A DNA stretch of 64,000 nucleotides from contig CP053450.1 of NCBI GenBank assembly GCA_013285505.1, positions 292,796 through 356,795 of the forward strand, in the 5' to 3' direction. Position 1 is the stretch's first letter; each line of letters opens with the position of its first letter. The translations under genes were made by a program, and so were the position numbers. The stretch comes from Planctomycetota bacterium (lineage in GTDB: Bacteria; Planctomycetota; Phycisphaerae; Phycisphaerales; UBA1924). This document shows, piece after piece, positions 24,698-33,845 of this stretch. The notes under the pieces were generated by a model. The model did not search any database and was not told where the DNA came from. It saw only the letters and a program-made list of their open reading frames with translations.

Positions 24698-27043
24698 ATG
24701 CAGCACACGCGACAGGCACGTCCGATCGGCATCCACACGTTCACCCGGGCCCTCGCGGCGGTGTGTCTGGTGGTGCTGCCCGCAGCAGGGGCGCAGCAGG
24801 ACGACAACGTCGAGTGGAACGGCGTCAGCCATCTGGAGTGGCAGGACCGGCGGCCGCTGTGCCCGGTGGGTGGCGAGAGCTTTGTGGTGCGGTTTCAGAG
24901 CTACCGCGACGACCTGACGGCGGCGCGGGTGCTGGTGGACGGCTCGGCGTGGGTGGACGCGTCGGTGGTGGCGAGCCGCGGGCCGTACGACGTGTGGGCG
25001 GCGACGGTGCCGGCGACGGCGAACGACACGCTGGGCTACATCATCGAGCTGACCGACGGGACGGACACGGACTATCTGTCCCGCACAGGGATGACCGACG
25101 AGATGCCGGTAGCGGAGGACTTTGCGCTGGACTTTGTGACGCTGGTGCACGCGCCGGTGGGGGCGACGCCGGTGACGGGGGGGACGGTCTTCAAGGTGTG
25201 GTCGCCCAACCGCTCGACGGTGCACGTGCGGGGACAGTTCAATGGCTGGTCGCTGGACGACCCGATGACCAAGGTGGGCGAGTACTTCGTGCGCTTTGTG
25301 GCGGGTGCGGGGCACGGGCATCAGTACAAGTACTTCTTCAACAACGGGCACTGGAACAGCGATGCGCGCGCGCGGCGGCTGAACCCGACGGACAGCTACA
25401 ACTCGTATGTCGTCGATCCGATGCGGTACCAGTGGCGGACCGGGGGGTTCTCGCCGCCGGCGGCGGAGGATCTGGTGATCTACCAGCTGCACGTGGGCAG
25501 CTTTGCGGGTCGGAATGATCCTTATGGCAACACGGGTAACCCGTCGGGGTTCCGCGATGTGGCGGACCGGGCGGGGCATCTGGCCGAGCTGGGGATCAAC
25601 GCGGTGATGCTGAACCCGATCCACGAGTTCCCGGGTGATTTTTCGGGCGGGTACAACCCGGTGAGTCAGTGGGCGATCGAGTGGCGGCTGGGGACGCCGG
25701 ACGATCTGAAGTACATGATCGACGAGCTGCACGCCAACGGGATCGCGGTGCTGCTGGACATCGTGTGGAACCACTTCAGCCCGAGCGACAACTTCCTGTG
25801 GAACTACGACGGGACGCAGTTGTACTTTGACAACCCGGTGGTGGACACGCCGTGGGGGCCGCAGGCGGACTTCGACAAGGCGGGTGTGAAGAGCTACTTC
25901 CTGGACAGCGCGGTGCTGTTGCTGGAGGAGTACCGGTTCGACGGGTTCCGGTTTGACGGCTCGGACTTTACGAACATCGGGCAGAACGAGGCGAGCGGGT
26001 GGGCGCTGATGCAGGGGCTCAACGAGCTGGTGGACCGGCGGTACGTGGACAAGACGATGATCGCCGAGCAGCTGCCGGACGATGCGTGGGTGACGCGTCC
26101 GGTCGCGCTGGGTGGGGCGGGGTTTGACGCGCAGTACCACGACGCGTTCAACGACAACCTGCGGTCGGAGGTCTTCGACGCGGCGTTCGGCGACCCGGAG
26201 ATGTGGCGGCTGGTGGATGTGCTCGAGGGGAGCGGACAGTATCTCGAGGGTGCGCAGGTGCTGAACTACTTCGAGCTGCACGATGAGTGCTGGAGCTCGT
26301 CGGGCGGGCAGCGTGCGGTCGTGACGATCGACAACGGTTTCCCGCACGACGATCAGTGGGCGCGGGGGCGGACGATGCTGGCGCAGGGGCTGACGGCGAT
26401 GGGGCCGGGGATCCCGGCGATCCTGATGGGCACCGAGTGGCTCGAGGACACCGACTTCGAGCAGGCGAAGATCGACTGGTCGAAGAAGACGACGTACGCG
26501 GGTGTGTTTGCGTACTACAGGGATCTGTACGCGCTGCGGGTGGGCAACACGGCGATGCGGGCGTCGAGCCCGTTTGAGGTCTTCCACTTCAACGAGGGCG
26601 GGAACGTGCTGGGGTTCCAGCGGTTCAACCTCGACGGCGGGGTGTACGCGGTGTTCGCCAACTTCTCGAACACCGACTACGGCGATTATCGCGTGGGCCT
26701 GCCGCAGCCGGGGCGGTGGGTCGAGGTGCTCAACAGCCAGGCGGCGGCGTACGGCGGGACCGGGCTGGACAACCCGGGCGTGCTCGAGAGCGACCCGATC
26801 GCCTACGACGGGTTTGCGCAGTCGATGGACATCGTGCTCTCGAAGATGGGGCTGGTGGTGCTGCGGTGGGAGGGTGAATGCGCCGCCGACTTCAACGGCG
26901 ACGGCACGGTGAACACGCAGGACGTGCTGGCGTTCCTGAACGCGTGGGCGGGCGGGGACTCTTCGGCGGACTTCAACAACGACGGAACAGTCAACACACA
27001 GGATGTGCTCGCCTTCCTCAACGCCTGGGTGGCGGGCTGCTAG
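24698..27043 (+). CDS. secreted GH13 alpha-glucan-active enzyme (CBM48 + catalytic domain, branching-enzyme/trehalohydrolase-like) with dockerin-like tail
   Basis: Signal peptide ..LAAVCLVVLPAAGAQQ. VFKVWSPNRSTVHVRGQFNGW is CBM48-like. GH13 regions are LLDIVWNHFS, YRFDGFRFDG, MIAEQLP and YFELHDE. The tail is CAADFNGDG...NAWVAGC-stop. Confidence 0.85.
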   Translation: MQHTRQARPIGIHTFTRALAAVCLVVLPAAGAQQDDNVEWNGVSHLEWQDRRPLCPVGGESFVVRFQSYRDDLTAARVLVDGSAWVDASVVASRGPYDVWAATVPATANDTLGYIIELTDGTDTDYLSRTGMTDEMPVAEDFALDFVTLVHAPVGATPVTGGTVFKVWSPNRSTVHVRGQFNGWSLDDPMTKVGEYFVRFVAGAGHGHQYKYFFNNGHWNSDARARRLNPTDSYNSYVVDPMRYQWRTGGFSPPAAEDLVIYQLHVGSFAGRNDPYGNTGNPSGFRDVADRAGHLAELGINAVMLNPIHEFPGDFSGGYNPVSQWAIEWRLGTPDDLKYMIDELHANGIAVLLDIVWNHFSPSDNFLWNYDGTQLYFDNPVVDTPWGPQADFDKAGVKSYFLDSAVLLLEEYRFDGFRFDGSDFTNIGQNEASGWALMQGLNELVDRRYVDKTMIAEQLPDDAWVTRPVALGGAGFDAQYHDAFNDNLRSEVFDAAFGDPEMWRLVDVLEGSGQYLEGAQVLNYFELHDECWSSSGGQRAVVTIDNGFPHDDQWARGRTMLAQGLTAMGPGIPAILMGTEWLEDTDFEQAKIDWSKKTTYAGVFAYYRDLYALRVGNTAMRASSPFEVFHFNEGGNVLGFQRFNLDGGVYAVFANFSNTDYGDYRVGLPQPGRWVEVLNSQAAAYGGTGLDNPGVLESDPIAYDGFAQSMDIVLSKMGLVVLRWEGECAADFNGDGTVNTQDVLAFLNAWAGGDSSADFNNDGTVNTQDVLAFLNAWVAGC

Positions 27044-27073
27044 CGGAGAGCCCCCGTCAAGGAGATACTCATT

Positions 27074-28000
27074 ATGAAGATCCACACCTTTCTGATCGGA
27101 CTGTGCCTCTTGGCTTCTTGTTCTGTGGCGCAGCCGATTCGCGTCCTCACGCTTGACAGTTCGCGCAGCGGCGTCTGCGGCGGCATCGACTACAACATCC
27201 TCACGGGCAATGCGTTCGCCGCGGTGCGCGGTGCGATGGACGATCCCGGCAACTTCGGCGGCGGGGGTGTGGTTGACCGGGAGATCGCGTGGGCCGCGCA
27301 GGTGCCCGTGGTCACACGCGACGCGCTGCAGACCTGCGACGTGGTGCTGCTCTCTTCCAACCTCACACGGCTTGATGTCTGTGAGCGCCGCGCGCTTTTT
27401 GAGTTTGTCGATGCCGGCGGCGGGGTGTTCATGTTCAGCAACGGGGCCATCAGCCAGATGGGCTTGCCGCTCGGGGCGACTCCCGCGCCGGTGAACGGTT
27501 CCGGGAATGGGCTCATTACCGACGAGTCGAGTCCGGTGACGGACGGCCCCTTCGGGGCTGTGGCCGGGACGCTCTCCATGGCCTTCCATCGCGGGTTTGA
27601 TGCGGTGGGGCCGAACGGCTCGGCGTTCGTCGCGTCCGACATCGACTATGGGGCGACGTTTGAGGTCGGCGCCGGGCGGGCGGTGCTGTACGGCGACGAG
27701 GAGTCGTTCATGGCGATCTCCGAGAACGGGTGTGCCGCGGGCATGCTGACCAACAAGGAATTGGCGATCTTCCTGAACACGGTGGCGTTTATCGCCCCGG
27801 ATCCGGGGTTCGAGTTCACCGGCAGCGGCGAGTGCTGCCCGGCGGATGCGAATCAGGACGGGGAGGTGAACACGATCGACGTGCTGGCGTTCCTGAACCA
27901 GTGGAACGGCGATGAGGCCTTCGCCGACATCAACGGTGACGGCGTCATCAATACCCAGGACGTCCTGGCGTTCCTGAACCTGTGGAACGGCGGGTGCTGA
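27074..28000 (+). CDS. secreted hypothetical protein with dockerin-like tail
   Basis: MKIHTFLIGLCLLASCSVAQ is a signal peptide, with AAGGAGA 8 nt upstream. The body is unassigned. The tail is CCPADANQDGEVNTIDVLAFLNQW...NLWNGGC-stop. It lies 30 nt after the GH13 gene, probably in an operon. Confidence 0.75.
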   Translation: MKIHTFLIGLCLLASCSVAQPIRVLTLDSSRSGVCGGIDYNILTGNAFAAVRGAMDDPGNFGGGGVVDREIAWAAQVPVVTRDALQTCDVVLLSSNLTRLDVCERRALFEFVDAGGGVFMFSNGAISQMGLPLGATPAPVNGSGNGLITDESSPVTDGPFGAVAGTLSMAFHRGFDAVGPNGSAFVASDIDYGATFEVGAGRAVLYGDEESFMAISENGCAAGMLTNKELAIFLNTVAFIAPDPGFEFTGSGECCPADANQDGEVNTIDVLAFLNQWNGDEAFADINGDGVINTQDVLAFLNLWNGGC

Positions 28001-28201
28001 GCGGACAGGCGCGGCTCGCAAAGTGGAGATCTGGGCAAGGCTGAGGGCTCTCGGACGGGCGGTCGCTGTGCTGCGACGGGGCCGATTGTCTGGGGATTTG
28101 GTGGTAGGGGTTGGGGGGCGCGTGCAGAATGTGTGTGTTGTGCCGCGTGTGCGGCTGTGGTGCCGTTCTGGTGCTGCGGCGCGGTGCTGGAGTCTTCGGA
28201 G

Positions 28202-28876
28202 ATGTGGATGATGAACTCTGGTGTGCTGGTGAGGGTGTCGGTTGGCGTGTCGGTGTGTGTCGGTGTGGCGACAGCTGTTGCACAGGACCACAACCACATC
28301 ACGGTGGACACGGACGGCTCGCGGGTGCTGCTGGACACGGGGTACCTTCCCGACGAGACGGGGTTTGAGATTGCTCCGGACGGGTGGGTGATGTTCGAGG
28401 GTGAGCGGCTGGTGCGTGAGTCGCTTGCGGAGTGGACGGGTTCGCCGCTGACGGGTTGGCAGCTCGGGGCCGAGACGGTGATGACGAGCGACTATTACGC
28501 GCCGACGGGCCGGCTCGACGGGGGCGATTTCTGGGTCGAGATCGCGGGGTTTGCCTTTGTCGGGGGCGATCGCGAGAGCGACTTTGCGTGGGCGACGCGG
28601 GACCGGTCGGTGCTGGAGCGGATCGGGCAGTATTCGGCGGGGACGCGCGAGGGGCGGAGCTTCTACGTCGGCAACAACCAGCACCCGCACAGCCAGGTGT
28701 GGCTGGCGGAGCGGCCGGGGTTGTACGCGTTGACGCTGGTGGCGTGGGATGCCAACGGTGTGTACGCGGATTCGGCGCCGATTCAGATGTACATCCGTTC
28801 GGTGCCGGGTCCGGGCGGGCTGGGTGTGCTGGCGTGCGCGGGGGTCGTGGCGGCCCGCCGCCGCGGGCGGGGATGA
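28202..28876 (+). CDS. secreted protein of a three-member local family, PEP-CTERM tail
   Basis: The start is one of ATG 28202/28208/28211 (MWMMNSGVLVRVSVGVSVCVGVATAVAQ). Shares HNHITVDT, TSDYYAPTGRLDGGDFW and NGVYADSAP with the two downstream genes. It ends VPGPGGLGVLACAGVVAARRRGRG. Confidence 0.75.
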   Translation: MWMMNSGVLVRVSVGVSVCVGVATAVAQDHNHITVDTDGSRVLLDTGYLPDETGFEIAPDGWVMFEGERLVRESLAEWTGSPLTGWQLGAETVMTSDYYAPTGRLDGGDFWVEIAGFAFVGGDRESDFAWATRDRSVLERIGQYSAGTREGRSFYVGNNQHPHSQVWLAERPGLYALTLVAWDANGVYADSAPIQMYIRSVPGPGGLGVLACAGVVAARRRGRG

Positions 28877-29056
28877 GGGCGGCTTTGGGGCCCGGTTTCT
28901 GCGGGGCTCGGGCTTGATCGGGATGGCCGAGTCTGTAGGCTGTGGTGGTGTGGGGTGCGGATTGCGGGGACGAGAGTTTGGGAGGGCCCGTCCGGGTTCT
29001 CGGACGGGGATGCAGCACACACACGCGATAGAAATTCGATTCAGGGAGTTTGCACC

Positions 29057-29716
29057 ATGGCACGTCTTGCCCTCGTTACCGTTGCCGGCCTCGCGGCGAC
29101 ATCGTTTGGCCAGGTCGATCACGTCCACCTGACGGTGGACACCGAGAGCGGGCAGCAGGGCGATCAGATCCTTGTGGAGACCGGGTGGTATCAGGGCGAG
29201 GAGAACATCTCCATCGGCCAGGACGGGTATGTGTACGACGGCAACGAGATTCTGGTCGTGGAGTTTGGCGATACGTACAGCGGCGGGAACGCGTGGGACG
29301 GCCGGTACTTCGGCGCGGGGCCGCGGCTGACGAGCGACTTCTTCTTCCCGACCGGCCGGCTCGACGGCGGCGACTTCGCGTTCGAGATGGTGGATGTGTC
29401 GCCGGTCTCGGGCAACGGGGCCACGGCGTTCGGCTGGGCGGAGAACCACAACGGCACCCTGATGAACATCGCCGATTCGGAGGGGGCCTCGAAGGACGAC
29501 CGCAGCTTCTGGGTCGGCACCAACCGGCACATGCACCACCAGATTCTCTCGTCAACCCATCGCGGTATGTGGGACGTGACGATGGTGGCCTACGACATCA
29601 ACGGCGTGTACGTTGACGCGGACCCGTTCACGATGCGGTTCAGCGTTGTTCCGGCCCCGGCGGGTCTGGCGCTGTTGGGCGCGGGCGGGCTGGTCGCGGC
29701 ACGCCGTCGTCGCTGA
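29057..29716 (+). CDS. secreted protein of the same family, PEP-CTERM tail
   Basis: ATG 29057 with AGGGAG 8 nt upstream. MARLALVTVAGLAATSFGQ is a signal peptide. Family motifs VDHVHLTVDT, TSDFFFPTGRLDGGDFAF and NGVYVDADP. It ends VPAPAGLALLGAGGLVAARRRR. Confidence 0.8.
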   Translation: MARLALVTVAGLAATSFGQVDHVHLTVDTESGQQGDQILVETGWYQGEENISIGQDGYVYDGNEILVVEFGDTYSGGNAWDGRYFGAGPRLTSDFFFPTGRLDGGDFAFEMVDVSPVSGNGATAFGWAENHNGTLMNIADSEGASKDDRSFWVGTNRHMHHQILSSTHRGMWDVTMVAYDINGVYVDADPFTMRFSVVPAPAGLALLGAGGLVAARRRR

Positions 29717-29808
29717 GGGCGGATGGATTGAGTTCTGACCGGGGGTGCGCGGGAACGCGCGCCTCCGGCTTTCACAGTTGAGGTCGTGCTGCGGACGCGG
29801 CCGGGAGG

Positions 29809-30594
29809 GTGGTCGTGGCAACCAAGCGAGCGTTGAACGGGATGATCGGCGGGCTTGTCGGCGCGGCGGCGTGCGGGCTGGTTGGTGCTCCGTCGGCGGT
29901 GGCCGACCACGCGCACGTGACGGTCGATACGGCGAACGGGCAAATCAAGATTGTGACCGGGTACCTGTTTGGTGAGGACAACTTCACGATCGATGAGGAT
30001 GGATGGCTGCGGGAGGACGGGGAGATCTTCCGGCTGGTGTGCGACCAGACCTGGGGGGGCACGCCGCACACGGGGTGGCCTGTCGGCATCGAGCAGATGA
30101 CGCTGACGAGCGATTACTTCGGCGCGACCGGTCGGCTCGACGGGGGCCACTTCTGGTACGAGCTTGCGGGCGTGACGGCGATCGAGGGCGACCCGACGCC
30201 GACGCTGATCTGGGCCGAGGAGTTCAACGGCACGCTGGTGGGTATTGCCGACAGCGACAGCGCCGACCGCAGCAAGCGGAGCTTTGAGCTCGGCTTCATC
30301 GGGCACATCCACGAGCAGCGGCAGCTCATTGAGCAGCCGGGCTTGTACGAGGTCTCGCTGATCGCGTGGGACTCGAACGGGGTGTACGGCGACTCGGCGC
30401 CGGTGCGGTTTTACGTCGAGGTGCCGGGGTGCGACGCGGACATCAACGGCGACGGCGTGGTGAACACGCAGGACGTGCTGGCGTTTCTGAATCTTTGGGC
30501 TGCGGGGGATGCGCGGGGCGACTTTAACGGCGACGGCACGGTGAACACGCAGGACGTGTTGGCGTTCCTCAACGCGTGGAACACAGGATGCTGA
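29809..30594 (+). CDS. secreted protein of the same family, but with the dockerin-like tail
   Basis: GTG 29809 or 29815 after GGGAGG. Family motifs ADHAHVTVDT, TSDYFGATGRLDGGHFWY and NGVYGDSAP. It ends CDADINGDG...NAWNTGC-stop. Confidence 0.75.
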   Translation: MVVATKRALNGMIGGLVGAAACGLVGAPSAVADHAHVTVDTANGQIKIVTGYLFGEDNFTIDEDGWLREDGEIFRLVCDQTWGGTPHTGWPVGIEQMTLTSDYFGATGRLDGGHFWYELAGVTAIEGDPTPTLIWAEEFNGTLVGIADSDSADRSKRSFELGFIGHIHEQRQLIEQPGLYEVSLIAWDSNGVYGDSAPVRFYVEVPGCDADINGDGVVNTQDVLAFLNLWAAGDARGDFNGDGTVNTQDVLAFLNAWNTGC

Positions 30595-30611
30595 GCGGAA
30601 GGACGGGACAC

Positions 30612-31496
30612 ATGACTCTCGAGAACGGTCGATACCGGTGTGCGCAGCTCGCGGGCGCGGTGGTGTTGCTGACGGCGGCGGCGGCGGTGGGGCAGCAGGC
30701 CCGGTTTGCCGAGGCGTCGGACGCGGAGGTGGGGCTGGGCGACGCGGTCTCGCTGTCGCTGGTGGACGCGGATGGTGCACGGCTGTGGAGCGAGCACCGG
30801 GCGGAGTATTTCTTGGCGCGGACGGCGTGGTCGCAGGAGAACCGGGACGCGGTGCCGGTGGCGGAGCGGTCGGGCGGGCTCGAGGCGGCGTGGGTCGCGG
30901 ACGAGCCGGGGGGTGCTGCTGCTGGGTGTTGATCTTGCCCCGGTGGACGAGACGGTGAGTGCCGGCTCGTTTGCGTCGTTTCTCGAGCGGGTGTTGCCCG
31001 CGACCAGGCGGGGGGCGCTGGACGGGCTGCTGCGGACGGATGATGTGGAGGGGCGCGGTGGTGGTGCGTCGCGTTGAGTCGTGCAAGGCGCGCTGGTGCG
31101 GGTGGAGGGGGCGATGCCGAGCCGGTGTCGATCGCGACGAGCAAGACGGGGCAGGTGGTGGAGATCCGGCCGCTGATGGATCCGACGGCGATCGTGCCGG
31201 GGAGCGATCTGGCGGTGCGCGTGTATTCGCGCGTGCCGGGTCCGGCGGACGGGCTGGTGATCGCGACGAACGTGACGACGGGGGAGATTGTGCGCGCGCC
31301 GACGAACGGGACGTCGCTGGTGGTTGTGCCCATCGGCGGAGCGGGGCGGTGGCGGCTGGAGTTTCATGCGGTGGAGCCGCTGGAGGCTGCGGCGGGCACG
31401 GAGGGGGATGGGGCGGCGGAGTGGGCGGTGCACACGGCGACGCTGACGTTTGATGTGGTTGCGGAGCGGGAAGTGGAAAAAGGGGTGGGACGATGA
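30612..31496 (+). pseudogene. DUF4198-like periplasmic protein, at least three frame changes
   Basis: MTLENGRYRCAQLAGAVVLLTAAAAVGQQ is a signal peptide. The sensible sequence continues across ORFs 30576..30932, 30706..31077, 30959..31453 and 31074..31496. The C-terminal part GQVVEIRPLMDPTAIVPGSDLAVRVY...GRWRLEFHAV resembles DUF4198. Shifts lie at the G6 run 30908-30913, near 31050 and near 31085-31105. The stop overlaps the next start (ATGA, 31493-31496). Confidence 0.55.
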
Positions 31497-33745
31497 AACG
31501 CATGAGCACGCAACGGCTGATTCGGATGGTTGTCACGGCTTCGGCGGCGGTGCTTGCGAGCACGACGCTGGGGCAGTCCTGGCAGGAGCTTGGCCCGTCG
31601 CCGATCAACTCGGGCGGGGGGTATGCGGGGCGGGTTTCTTCGGTGGCTGCGAGCGCGACTGACGCCGATTTGTACTACGTCGGGGCTGCGGACGGGGGGG
31701 TGTGGAAGACGACCGACGGCGGGGCGTCGTGGACGCCGCTGACCGACCACATGCCGACGACGGCGATCGGCGCGGTGGCGGTTGATCCGACGAACGATCA
31801 GATTGTGTATGCGGGGACGGGCGAGGCGAACTACGCGAACCACTCGCGGTACGGGCTCGGGGTGTTCCGCTCGACGGATGGCGGGGCGACGTGGGAGCAG
31901 TTTGCGGAGGACACGTTTGGGGGGCGGACGTTCTCGAAGCTGGTGGTGGACCCGCAGACGCCGAGCACGCTGTATGCGGCGGTGGCGCGGGCGGGCGGTT
32001 TCCCGGCGCTGGCGGGGGCGAAGGGTCATCCCGGCGCGACGGGTCCGGTGGGGGTGTTCAAGTCGGTCGATTCGGGCGAGACGTGGACGCACCTGACCAA
32101 TGGTGTGCCGGCGGTGGAGGCGAGCGACATCGCGATCGACCGGGTGAACCCCTCGACCGTGTACGTGGCGATCGGGAACATCTTCGGCGATACGGGCAAC
32201 GGGGTGTACAAGTCGACCGATGGGGGGGCGTCGTGGAGCAAGCTGGGGGGCGGGCTGCCGAACTCGCAGGTGGGGCGGGTGAGCCTGGACGTCTCGCCGA
32301 GTTCGCCGCAGACGGTGTATGCGCTGTTTACGCGGCAGGCGAGTTCGACCGGTGGCGGGGCGTCGAACATCGGCGGGTATCGCTCGGACGACGGGGGGGC
32401 GACGTGGGTCTCGCGCGGGAGCGTGGACCAGTCGAGCTATGGGTGGTTCCTCTCGTGTGTGTCGGTGCGGCCGACGGATGAGAACACGGTGTTTTATGGC
32501 GGGCTGAACATGCGCCGCTATGTGAACAATTCGGGCAGCACGACCACGCCGCCGCACGTGGACCTGCACGCGATCGCGTGGGACGCTGCGGGGCGGCTGC
32601 TGTGCGGCAACGACGGCGGGCTGCACCGCTCGACGAATCTCGGCAGCTCGTGGACGAGCCTGTCGCCGGGGCTGGGGACGATCCAGATCTACGCGGGGCT
32701 CTCGACGCACCCGAGTGATGACGAGTTTGTGCTGGCGGGGATGCAGGACAACGGGACGAACCGGCGGACGAACGGCACGAAGACGTGGCAGCACGTGATC
32801 GGCGGCGACGGGGGCTGGACGCAGATCAACCAGAGCTCGCCGAACATCATGTTTGGCGAGTACCAGGGCACGGGGAATCTGTTCCGGTCGACCAACGGCG
32901 GGTCGTCGTTCAGCTATGCGGGCTCGGGGATCGGCGGGCGGAACTGCTTTTTGCCGCCGTACGTGATCGATCCGGGGAACACGAACACGGTGTATTACGG
33001 CACCGAGCGGTTGTACCGCTCGACCAACGGCGGGACGAGTTGGAGCGCGCGGTCGGGGGACATCACCGACGGCGGCGGGGCGATCCGGGCGCTGGCGGTT
33101 GCGCCGAGCAACACGAGCTACATCTACGCCTCGACCAACGACGGCAACGTGGCGGTGTCCACGAACGCGGGGCAGACGTTTTCGCAGATTCTCGATGAGC
33201 ACCCCGGGTGGCCTCGGGTGACGCGGGAGTTGTTTGTGGACCCGACCGACGAGGAGACGGTGTATCTGGCGACGGCGTACTTCGGGACGACGCAGATCCG
33301 TCGCTCGACCGATGCGGGGCAGACGTGGGAGGCGCTGGATGAGAACCTGCCGGACATCCCGGTGAATGTGGTGGCGGTGGACCACCGGCAGCGTCGGCTG
33401 ACGGTGTATGCCGGGACGGACGCGGGGCTGCTGCGGTCGGTTGACGGCGGCGACAGCTGGCACGCGTATCCGCCGGGGCTGCCGAACGTGCCGGTGATCG
33501 ACATCGAGCTGGACACGGGGCGCGAGCGTCTGGTGGTGGCGACGCAGGGGCGTGGGGCGTGGCGTGTGGCGATCGGGTATTGCGACGGCGACTGGAACGG
33601 CGATGGCACGGCGAACACGCTGGATGTGCTGGCGTTCCTGAACGACTGGAACGAGGGCGATGCGGGGGCGGACATCAACGGGGACGGTGATGTCAACACG
33701 CTGGACGTGCTGGCGTTCCTGAATGACTGGAACGCGGGGTGCTAG
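31493..33745 (+). CDS. secreted BNR/Asp-box repeat (sialidase/GH74/sortilin-like) double-propeller protein with dockerin-like tail
   Basis: About ten SxDxGxTW boxes (TTDGGASWTP, STDGGATWEQ, SVDSGETWTH, STDGGASWSK, SDDGGATWVS, STNGGTSWSA, STDAGQTWEA, SVDGGDSWHA...). Signal peptide ..ASAAVLASTTLGQ. The tail is CDGDWNGDG...NDWNAGC-stop. Confidence 0.85.
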   Translation: MKRMSTQRLIRMVVTASAAVLASTTLGQSWQELGPSPINSGGGYAGRVSSVAASATDADLYYVGAADGGVWKTTDGGASWTPLTDHMPTTAIGAVAVDPTNDQIVYAGTGEANYANHSRYGLGVFRSTDGGATWEQFAEDTFGGRTFSKLVVDPQTPSTLYAAVARAGGFPALAGAKGHPGATGPVGVFKSVDSGETWTHLTNGVPAVEASDIAIDRVNPSTVYVAIGNIFGDTGNGVYKSTDGGASWSKLGGGLPNSQVGRVSLDVSPSSPQTVYALFTRQASSTGGGASNIGGYRSDDGGATWVSRGSVDQSSYGWFLSCVSVRPTDENTVFYGGLNMRRYVNNSGSTTTPPHVDLHAIAWDAAGRLLCGNDGGLHRSTNLGSSWTSLSPGLGTIQIYAGLSTHPSDDEFVLAGMQDNGTNRRTNGTKTWQHVIGGDGGWTQINQSSPNIMFGEYQGTGNLFRSTNGGSSFSYAGSGIGGRNCFLPPYVIDPGNTNTVYYGTERLYRSTNGGTSWSARSGDITDGGGAIRALAVAPSNTSYIYASTNDGNVAVSTNAGQTFSQILDEHPGWPRVTRELFVDPTDEETVYLATAYFGTTQIRRSTDAGQTWEALDENLPDIPVNVVAVDHRQRRLTVYAGTDAGLLRSVDGGDSWHAYPPGLPNVPVIDIELDTGRERLVVATQGRGAWRVAIGYCDGDWNGDGTANTLDVLAFLNDWNEGDAGADINGDGDVNTLDVLAFLNDWNAGC

Positions 33746-33845
33746 GTCCGGTAACGGCCTGATGTCCGGGAATGTGTTTCAGAAACCGGACCTTGTTGGA
33801 TAGAATACGTGTGGTGGGATGCACTCTGGGATGAGGAGAGAGATC

